A stretch of 64,000 nucleotides of DNA from Setoptus koraiensis (Eukaryota > Animalia > Arthropoda): NCBI GenBank assembly GCA_048013815.1, contig CM106586.1:5084001-5148000 (forward strand), given 5' to 3'. The position numbers and the translations under genes were made by a program. Each line of letters opens with the position of its first letter. Within the stretch, counting starts at the first letter, position 1. Of the stretch, positions 53,301 through 61,850 are shown piece after piece. The notes under the pieces are model-generated. The model saw nothing but the letters and a program-made list of their open reading frames with translations, was not told the origin of the DNA and did no database searches.

Positions 53301-56300
53301 GTGTCGGCTGACAGGGCGCTCGCTGTCACTTGCAGCGGATCGGCGGGCGCTGCCGACGACGCGAGCGCCAAGATGAGCCGAGCATAATCATAATTGAAAT
53401 AATCATCATCATCAATGCTAATGGCCTCATTTGCATAACTGCGCCATGCATCGCAATTGGATCGCACTGAATGAGCCCAGTCAGTGAGAGCGGCGGGCCC
53501 CATTGGCGCCGTCTAAGCGGGCCCGGCTAAGCGGTGGCGCCACTTGACGCCGCCGTGATCAGCGTGGGTCGCCCGCGGAGACAACAAATTAAAAAACGGC
53601 CGCCGTCTTTTCACTATTACGCTATTCACTCTGTACGCCGACTGTATGCGACTGCACGGGGACTGTATGGGTGCAGGCGGCGCCCTTGCTCGGCTGCTTA
53701 TGGGGGCTGCTTATTTATGGGGCCCGCGAGCGGGCCGGCGAAAGCAGCACATAATATGGATATATTGCGGCCCCATTTATTGGCGCTCGGCATCGCGTTA
53801 CTTGAGAGCGAGAGGGCCCATTTGAGAGCCATTTGCCGGTTGCAAAATTGAGCCATTAGTGGGCTGGTGACGCATCGCCAACAATTGGCTCGTGCTCGCC
53901 AACTGTTGGCGCCCCGCAACTGGCAACTGTAATCAAACGAGGCCCGTGTCGCTCGTTGGCTCGCAGTCAATCTGTTGTTTTTCAATAACTGCTGGCAATT
54001 GCACTGGCAATAATTCCCAAAACCGAGCGTCGCCCCAAATCGAGCGGAGGAAGCCATTCGGGCCTCCGCTCGGCATCGGGCGCCGCTTATCTGCGCCGCT
54101 CTGGCGAAATAGCCGACAAAGCCGACGAAGCCGCTGGAGCCGCTGGAGCCGGGAGACCCGAACGAGCCGACAGGGCCGAAAAAAACCGGCCCGGCTTATC
54201 AATCGAGAATAATGTTGTGTGTTGCCGCATGTTATATATACGCCGGGCCCAATAATAAATTGGCGCCACCATGGCTCTGCCAGCAGCAGCCACATATCTA
54301 TATCGTCTGTCCAATCACAATCTGGCGCCCCGTATTAATTCACATGATCCGCTATTTGTTTTCGCCCCCCGTTATTCCAACACCAAAACCATATATCACC
54401 ATGCCACATATTGCGCATATATCGCCATATATCGCCTTATACACCGCACACCACGTATCACCGTGCGGCACTGGACGCTGGTCGCTGGCATTTGTATCAT
54501 CATTATTTATTGCATAATCCACAACGTTGCGCAATTTGCAACAACCACTGTGTTGCAACAACCACATTGTTGGCGCCGGAAAAATGCGCGCCCGGATAAA
54601 AAACAACTCACCGTCACGCGTTGTATTTATACATAATCAATCATAACCGGCTATTGAATTACAATCAAATATTTATCATCATCATCAATAATAATCTTCA
54701 ATCCGCGCGCTTCGTTGCACTTGCCCCGACGCGTTGCCTGTCGGAATCGTTTCAACCTCGGCGCCGTCTTGCATCGCAAAAACCGCAAAAACCGCAAATT
54801 GCAAATTGAAAATTGCAATCGCCGTTCCCCTACTGTCATGCGGCCCAAATTGTAAACGTAAAATTGCCCGTTTCCACCTGACGACGCTCACGCAACCGAC
54901 GCAATTTGTTATCGCAACGGAACCTCTGAAATTTGTTATCGCAACGGATCCCCCGAAATGAAAACGGCCGCAAATTAATATCGCACACAACACGTCACAT
55001 TGCGCCAATGTTACATAATAACAACATAACAGTTGCTCAAAGGAAACGACGATATCAGCAGCGTTGTCAAAAACGAACTCAATCCGCCGATAATTGGCGC
55101 AAATCTGGTGAAAATCTTGCCTTTTAGCCAGCATTTGCGCGCCATTTGTCTGCGACTGGAACTTCACGGTTGCCCCTACGACGGTAAGTAAACAGCAACT
55201 TGTAATTATTGGGGCCCCAACTACCGTTGCCCAACGTAACTTTGGCAACGTTTCGCTTCTTCTGTTCGATGGGCGACTGGCGGCTGCCCGTGGCCCGTCG
55301 CCCGTCGAGTGGCGCGCGCACTATGTAGCTAATTATCGCCCGCAAGCGGGCTCCTGCAAGCCGCTCCAAGTGTTGAGAGTCGACTTGCGCTGTTCCGACA
55401 CGGGACCCGCGTCCACCAAACCGGCCCAAGTTGCGCAAATAGCCCGAAGGCGTGCGCGCTTGAATCAACAGTGACAACGCGAGACTCGAGAGCCGTGGAG
55501 TGGGCGCCCACTTGGCCTTGAGGCGAATGAGGAGCCCGAGAAAGTGTGCGCCCCAAAAAGGGATTTGTTCTTTGTGGGGCTTCTTTGTTGAACCTCTCGC
55601 CCTTGGTGCGGCTTTGGGCGGCTTGCACACACTGGGCACCTCTCACCGCAGCATGCGGAGCAGACGCCGCCACCGACTGATCTGGGGATCTCAATGGGGC
55701 CGCTGCGACGGCGAAAAGAAAGAAAACGCGACGCGAGGTAGGCGAAAATTGGCACGTAATGCGAGTTTTATGATGATGTACGAGTCTCGGAGGAGCGCCC
55801 TTTCGCGGGGCTTCTCGCAAGCCGGGCCTTCTCGGCCCGAGCCAGAGAGGGCGCCCTATGTAAATAAAGCTGTCATGTGTGTGACTGAACGTCGCTGCGA
55901 GGGCCAGCGGCGCCTTGTCCGGACTCGGGAGAAGGTGCTGGCAGCAGCGGCACCAGATTAGCTAATCTGTAATATACACATGTGAGTGTGTGATGTAAAA
56001 AGAGGCGCGAGTTTGTTTTTGTTTTTGGTGGGGCGCGCGAGCTGTCCGACAAAACCGGTGCCACCGAACTGGCGTCCGCAAGCGATCACAAGAATCAAAA
56101 GAAGCGCCGAGCAAACAATGGGGCCCCAACAATAAATAAAAAAGCGACCGTTCGCGAATCGCGATTTACGTGCACGTCGCGGGCGCTACTCAAATATTTG
56201 CCGGGCACGCTGGCGGCGAATAGCCGGGCCCCCGTGAGAACCTCATGCCGATAAACTATGCAAAGAGCCGGCATCACTCGCGGCTTACGCAACAACAACA

Positions 56301-58875
56301 GCAACTAATCGCAACTTTATCCACATTTCTCTCGCCCTGTATAATTTGCATGCACATTTGTATAGATGGAGCCCCAATCGCCTACTCGATGATGGATGGC
56401 GCCTACGAGGCCCGGTACGGTCATCTCAACGACGCCACCTACGACGGCCACCGGCACATGAACTATCTGACTGGCGGATTGGGCCAACTGGTGGACGCAT
56501 ACAGAGCGCACGACAACTACAGGGTGAACCATGGATTGGGCTGGCTCGGCTGGAAGGCCTCAAACGGGGATGTCATCATTGAGTTTTACTTCAATACAGT
56601 GAGAAATTTCACCGGGGCCCTGTTCCATTCGAACAACATGTTTTCGCAGGGCATAGAGGTGTTTCAAGCGATCGACGTTCAGTACGGCATAGACGTTGGC
56701 TCGTCTACGAGCCCCCTAGAGGAGGCGCTGCAAGAGCAGGCGCTGCGCGAACAACAGCACCACCACCAGCAGCGTCCACTGCTGTCCGACATGCAATCGG
56801 CCGAGCCCGAATTGCAGCCGGAAGCGGCCCGTTATCAGTCGGCGGCGGCGGCGGACAAGACGGACCAGCAGCACATGCAAGTAGCCGGTGCGGCGGCGGC
56901 AGACCAGCCAGCGGCGGATAAGGCGAGCGCCCGCTTGCTGGTGGCGCCCTCTGGTGGCCAGGGCCCGGCGAACGAGCAGCAGCAAACTCTGTGGTCGACC
57001 AATGTGGTCAGCATGGAATACGAACCGGACAAGTCGTCCGAGGACAGCCGGCCCGTGATGGTGCATCTGAAGCAGATCATAGCTAACAGGCTGCGATTTG
57101 TGCTCAAATTTGCCTCAAAATGGATCCTCATTAGCGAGGTGGAATTTCTGAGCCAACCGGTGGACTCGTTGTCGCTGGCCAACGTGCACAAGAGCCTCAC
57201 GCCCGATCTGGTGTCGCGACTGAGCAAGTCGCGCTCCTACGACGAATACATAGCCGTGCTAAAGACGGACCAATTGCGCAATCAGGCCGCCAGCGCCTTC
57301 CTCAACGGCTACGGAACAACCGCCAACTCCCTGTTGCAACTGCCAACTCTAGCCAGCAGCAGCAACAACAACAACAACATCAACAACAACAAGGCCATGC
57401 CAGTGGACGCGGACGAGGCCCCCGTCCAGGGCGCCAACGTCATCGGGCCCAAGATACCGGCCAGCAACAGCTGGATATCGGCGCCCGTGTCGCAGCAGCC
57501 CCTTGGCGGCTATCATCATAACGCCATCATTGTTACGCAATCGCCCTCATCCGCCCCCAACACTTATCCGCAGGATCTCATGTCGCCGGCCAGCGGTCGC
57601 GCTCAGGGCGTCGCCATCAACGGTCCGTCTGGGATGGCCCCCTCGAAAACGCCCCAGTTCATCACTACCAACACTAGATGGCTCACGAGCGGCATAAACT
57701 CTGTCCAGTCGGCGGGCAATCAGCAGTTGTCCGCCAACGCAGATCTAGGCATCACCAACTATCAATCAAATATCAATGGTATTGATGGCGATAACACCGG
57801 CAAGAGGCTCGCAACAACAACAACAACAACAACCAACACAACGAGTGTTGGTTATGCCACAATTGTTGTCATTGTGCTGTCGACATTGATTGCTTTGGCC
57901 ATTGTGATATTTGCTATATTCAGCTATAGGTTGCGCAAGCAACAAACATCGCCCCATTTGCATCATTCACAAATCACACATCATCATGTCAAATCAGGTA
58001 GCGGCGCCGGCTTGGTGGGCCGACCCGGATCGCTCATTAACGGTACGGGCATCAATAGTTTTATGAATGTGTTCACGCCAAACGGTGGCTACAGTGGCAT
58101 ATTTCAAACAAGCACCAATCAACATGTCACTCATGGCTCAAATGTGAAACGATCCAACAATGATTCAACCCTCAACACGGCCTCACCGTCGCCCGTCATG
58201 CCGTCCGGCAACAATGCCGCCCCAAACAATGGCCAATCCGTTTCCAATCACCAACAGGGCGCAACTTTGTTGGTGTCGCTCAAGGAGCCCTCGCTATTTA
58301 GCAGTATGACATTGGGCAAATCGGGCGCCCAACATCATCAGCAGGGCCATCAGATGTTCAATACACAGTTGATTGTGGGCATGAACAACAACCCAAACCA
58401 AACTATGATGGCCCAAACGGGCCCCTATCATCAGCATATCTATAATGGTCTCAATTATGGCAACACCACAAACAACACCTACGCGGGCGCCAACCAATAT
58501 TCCACAACCATGTCCATGGCCTCATCTTCAAACGCGGGCGATTACAATGAGTACGCCATACCTGATGCCCAACCCATGATACCGCCGCCGGGCACGTTAC
58601 ATAACAGTATTCAGCAGCAGCAGCAACAGTTTTTGTATCATCAGGACATGCAGAATATGCGAACATTGATCAACCCGCACAAGGCCATCAATTTGGGCAA
58701 CAATCAATCGCTCATCTATCAATCGGGCAGCCTGGCCGGGGTTAATCATTACGAGGGCATTGCAAACAGCAACCACATGATGCCCATCAATCCCAGGCCG
58801 CCCATGCAATCCAACGGCGCCGGCGTGCCTTGCCAATTGATATCAACTACACTGGCGACCCAGTTGAATCATCAG

Positions 58876-58913
<38 letters not shown>

Positions 58914-59148
58914 ACAACAACTGACCAATCATCATATTGCCACCAACAGCAACACCAACAGTGTAGCTGCCCCAACAAACACTGCCAACAGCAACGATAC
59001 TAATGGCTCCTCATCGCCAGCAAGTGTTGGAAACAGTGCCACCACTAACACCACTTCGGCCTCCTCAATCGGAAGTGGCGGACATTATTATGCCAGCGCT
59101 GATGTCATACCGCCGAGCATTACAAATACCAGAACAAACAACAAGTGA
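5757..59148 (+). CDS. Ddr: Discoidin domain receptor-family transmembrane protein lacking a kinase domain; 5-exon model join(5757..6642,39370..39523,50493..50730,55033..55183,56366..59148), about 1403 aa
   Basis: All introns are GT-AG with matching phases (1,2,0,1); summed length 4212 nt = 1404 codons. The spliced product reads LCGLNANLTQALGMQSGAIDDLSLSASSS..AR/LNQEINGGAWCP..WIQVKL..AIETQGR..YSRDSGKSW../LLKGNDD..ICLRLELHGC../DGAPIAYS..LNDATYDG..GGLGQLVD..FASKWILISEVEFLS, colinear with the DS and DS-like domains of DDR1/DDR2. Exons 2-5 are secure; exon 1 is tentative. Confidence 0.85.
7425..7562. repeat. 16-bp minisatellite (T[TC]TAAGAATCTCCGAA-type unit), about 8 copies, upstream of ELOVL
   Basis: Read directly. 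Confidence 0.92.
7891..8949 (+). CDS. ELOVL: Very-long-chain fatty acid elongase (ELO/GNS1/SUR4 family), intronless, 352 aa, nested in Ddr intron 1
   Basis: Family motifs EFLDTIFFALRKK, histidine box LHIFHH, NSIIHIIMYSYY and TQMQLVQF; several TM segments; in-frame TAG at 7816 upstream of the ATG; ATTAAA at 9104-9109. Subfamily cannot be assigned by eye and the start codon is uncertain. Confidence 0.95.
   Translation: MAPAAVIITAAITVCTMAIITTPAAAISGNELLFDETDFNENNRSPWTFLAQNKRGLDAGLFLSGPYPVALVTGLYLLFVCYLGPRVLMARRPAYKLETVIRLYNLSMVLASCWLHIRLMGAVGGWSNFFDCSKTFNLQDGSSQAIVTMGNFIISIRVIEFLDTIFFALRKKTNQMTFLHIFHHAFVPPYAYWILRTAPIRYNVFIITLNSIIHIIMYSYYFLSTYDQQKYPLVRKLLWFKRYMTQMQLVQFAMIAAYSIWVFNQHQHCHVPLRYIGSNFLISTGFLTLFWHFYTVAYAAAAKQQAPNHSNHSSRGQQEAPDKRRLRQLMESNPAKYYNEPGFYENKGLMHH
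14855..14990. promoter_or_regulatory. Cluster of bZIP-type palindromic motifs (TTACGTAA x3 plus TTACGCAA/TTGCGCAA/TTGCGTAA)
   Basis: TTACGTAA at 14905, 14951 and 14979. The motifs are seen directly; a regulatory role is inferred. Confidence 0.4.
20684..20757. repeat. 11-bp tandem repeat CAGATCGCGC(T/A), about 7 copies
   Basis: Read directly. Confidence 0.9.
22539..22543 (-). terminator. Pol III terminator (T5) of tRNA-Lys, with a back-up T9 at 22518-22526
   Basis: A-runs on the plus strand just 3' of the tRNA in its own orientation. Confidence 0.7.
22551..22623 (-). tRNA. tRNA-Lys-TTT: tRNA-Lys (anticodon UUU)
   Basis: Reverse complement GCCCGGGTAGCTCAGTCGGTAGAGCATTAGGCTTTTAACCTAAGGGTCCAGGGTTCGAGCCCCTGCTCGGGCG (73 nt) folds into a complete cloverleaf with intact A and B boxes. 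Confidence 0.97.
23604..23676. repeat. 16-bp tandem repeat AACACTACATTACGAT, 4.5 perfect copies
   Basis: Read directly. Confidence 0.95.
29276..29323. repeat. (CAA)16 microsatellite
   Basis: Read directly. Many degenerate CAA/TTG tracts occur elsewhere, e.g. 3405-3530, 35390-35470, 43020-43110, 49990-50080. Confidence 0.97.
29902..29981. repeat. 16-bp tandem repeat GCAAACGGCCACAACC, 4-5 copies
   Basis: Read directly. Confidence 0.9.
32175..32234. repeat. 20-bp tandem repeat TTCAGCCGGCCGTCGCCAGG x3
   Basis: Read directly; no spacers. Confidence 0.95.
32980..33042. repeat. 14-bp tandem repeat GCGGGCCCCGTTCG x4.5
   Basis: Read directly. Confidence 0.93.
34927..34950. repeat. Perfect 24-bp palindrome
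   Basis: AGCTCATATCAGCTGATATGAGCT. Confidence 0.97.
38499..38522. repeat. Perfect 24-bp palindrome
   Basis: CACTCGATATCCGGATATCGAGTG. Confidence 0.97.
39370..39523 (+). CDS. Ddr: Ddr-like exon 2: start of discoidin (F5/8 type C) domain
   Basis: Acceptor ctgaccaacag (39369); reads (D)AKVNPLRGTRLCGLNANLTQALGMQSGAIDDLSLSASSSHNPDHTGPQLA(R); donor CAG|GTAAGT at 39524. Matches the DDR pattern C..ALGMQ..I.D..ISASSS. Not in the ORF track in this frame. Confidence 0.9.
39607..39681. repeat. 19-bp tandem repeat ACCGGCGCTGACCGCTCCG x4, about 85 nt after the exon 2 donor
   Basis: Read directly; inverted fragments (CGGTCAGC) follow at about 39698-39750. Confidence 0.9.
42072..42142. repeat. 20-bp tandem repeat CGCTGTCCGACTCCGGCCGA x3.5
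   Basis: Read directly; lies next to the 42161 hairpin. Confidence 0.95.
42161..42220. repeat. Inverted repeat, perfect 23-bp arms, 14-nt loop
   Basis: CCGGCCAGTTGATCAAATTGGCC-gaattggccaaatt-GGCCAATTTGATCAACTGGCCGG. Confidence 0.95.
43715..43762. promoter_or_regulatory. Tandem array of four ACAGGTGA E-boxes
   Basis: CAGGTG at 43717, 43731, 43745 and 43756. The motifs are seen directly; function is inferred. Confidence 0.4.
44091..44151. repeat. Inverted repeat, perfect 23-bp arms, 15-nt loop
   Basis: ATTGTGTTGGCTCACCTGTGCTG-tggctgtcgctgtgg-CAGCACAGGTGAGCCAACACAAT. Confidence 0.95.
45078..45177. repeat. 26-bp tandem repeat GGACGAGCGAGAGCGGACAAGCCAGA, about 4 copies
   Basis: Read directly. 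Confidence 0.92.
50493..50730 (+). CDS. Ddr: Ddr-like exon 3: discoidin domain core
   Basis: Acceptor gaacag (50492); LNQEINGGAWCPMKPISAHNFGKEWIQVKLNRSHVVTAIETQGRYGFGSGREYVTHYQIEYSRDSGKSWHKWRDYKGNY; donor C|GTGAGT at 50731. Confidence 0.95.
55033..55183 (+). CDS. Ddr: Ddr-like exon 4: end of discoidin domain
   Basis: Acceptor ataacag (55032); LLKGNDDISSVVKNELNPPIIGANLVKILPFSQHLRAICLRLELHGCPYD, matching the DDR CLRVELYGC motif; donor G|GTAAGT at 55184. Confidence 0.93.
56366..59148 (+). CDS. Ddr: Ddr-like terminal exon: DS-like domain, extracellular juxtamembrane region, TM helix, N/Q-rich cytoplasmic tail, stop
   Basis: Acceptor ttgtatag (56365). DS-like motifs LNDATYDG, GGLGQLVD, NSNNMF-like FHSNNMF and WILISEVEF; TM IVVIVLSTLIALAIVIFAIFSY (57862-57927) followed by RLRK; NEYAIP (58546-58563); HYYASADV (59083-59106); poly-Q16 (58873-58920); TGA at 59146-59148. 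Confidence 0.93.
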
Positions 59149-59808
59149 AAAGTTTAGGCTCACAAACTCAAACTATAAGACTAAGTGAAATTGACTTAAT
59201 GATATTAATAGTCGGATCTCAACAATCAACAACGATATATCATCAACAAATATGTAATGTTAATAGATGAACGGTCCACTGACAGATATAAGCTGGCTGG
59301 GGCCAGTTTTTGTTGAATTTATCAGATCAAAGCGGGCTGGCTAGCACACAAACAATTTAACGATGCCACTATCTTTTGAGAAGTTCAATTGTTCCAAGCG
59401 AAACATAGAGAAGAATTAAAAAGAAAGATTCATTGTTTATCCGCACAAGTGTCGATCAACAATTAAATGTAACATAGATATGTACAGATATATTTACACC
59501 CAAAACTATAACAATCAATTCTGTTTTGTTGAATCTCGAACAAACAAATAAAGTTGTCGAATTTAAATCACTCGCCATCCAGTTGCCCAGTCTTTTTTGC
59601 CCACATTGTCACCCATACGACTTACGATAGTTCAAAGAGGTTTACATTGCACGTCGGCAGTCATCTCAGTCATGAAAATTTGATATAAAGTAGTGTGATG
59701 AACACAAGGGCACGCTTTTTTTATCTTAGCTTTGTTATTAAACACCAACCTTGTAATAAAATTATCAGGCTCGGGACATGACTGCTTACACATTTTGCGA
59801 TGAATCGC

Positions 59809-61068
<1,260 letters not shown>

Positions 61069-61850
61069 AGTGTTGTCAACAGGATCCAATGACGGATGCC
61101 AATAAATAATAAAAGCTCGTAATAATACAATACAGTGAGATATGAATTTATATTGATCAAGGTGTTTAAATTTTCATTCGTATATTTGTTTCGTGAGATT
61201 GTTTAATGATATCTGAAATTATTCTGACAGGCTTGACCAAACTGGCGCCGGATTTGAATGACCAAAACACTTGATGGCGATGGAGGCGATCGTTAGCATT
61301 AGAAAAACTTGTTGGTCTAAATCACAATCTTGTAACATACAGTTCGACGTTCCTCATAAAAAGGTGAAAACTGGTCAACAGGGCAAAAAAAGAAATAATC
61401 AGCAATTCGCAACCAGATAAAATCCATCTTGGTTGATATTTTGTGAGAACTGTACCCGGGAGTTGTTGAGTGTTTGCACCTGGGATCGGAGCAGCCTAGA
61501 GTTGTATTCAAGGCGAGCGCCATCTGGTTCGAGATCATCACACACCCAAATGTTCTTTGTTGATTGCACGCTGCGTCGTGCGCTGCACAAATTCCAGGTT
61601 TCGTACCCATCGGGGGGAAGAGCAGGGTTTTTGCCCTTTTCAACACAATTGAGCAAGTTCAAAACTCGCGGTCAGTGTACTGCACAGAAGAAAGAATCGA
61701 ATCCTGTCCCCCGCAATTAAATTGTGGCAACCGAATCAAGTAATCGTCTGCCTCAGTGACTTCTAGTTATTAGGTAAACTATATTATCATCAATTTATTT
61801 ATTATCCCATATTTATTTTCATCTCTGCAGATAAGCCCAAATAAAGAAGA
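61069..61850. promoter_or_regulatory. Divergent (probably bidirectional) promoter/5'UTR region between PSMC6 and E(z)
   Basis: 782 bp separate two oppositely oriented start codons; no recognisable protein ORF between them. Confidence 0.6.
61774..61830 (+). other. 57-nt 5'UTR intron of E(z)
   Basis: AG|GTAAAC donor, T-rich body, ctctgcag acceptor 20 nt before the ATG. Confidence 0.65.

Noticed and set aside
56245-56365. N-terminal 40 aa of the 967-aa ORF in the track
   Set aside because: DDR homology begins at the acceptor at 56365; the upstream part is intron.
1-59000. Transposable elements or MITEs
   Set aside because: No transposase or RT ORF; the inverted repeats are unrelated to each other, and I saw no target-site duplications or second copies.
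59295-59309. GWGQF in the Ddr 3' UTR as a kinase Gly-loop relic (DDR LGEGQFG)
   Set aside because: Five residues only, flanked by stops, with no VAIK/HRD/DFG traces nearby.
61651-61670. GAGCAAGTTCAAAACTCGCG resembling part of SRP RNA
   Set aside because: The helix-8 GGAAA loop and Alu-domain sequence are absent.
61317-61720. Three short ORFs between PSMC6 and E(z)
   Set aside because: Non-ATG starts, bounded by in-frame stops, no recognisable motifs.
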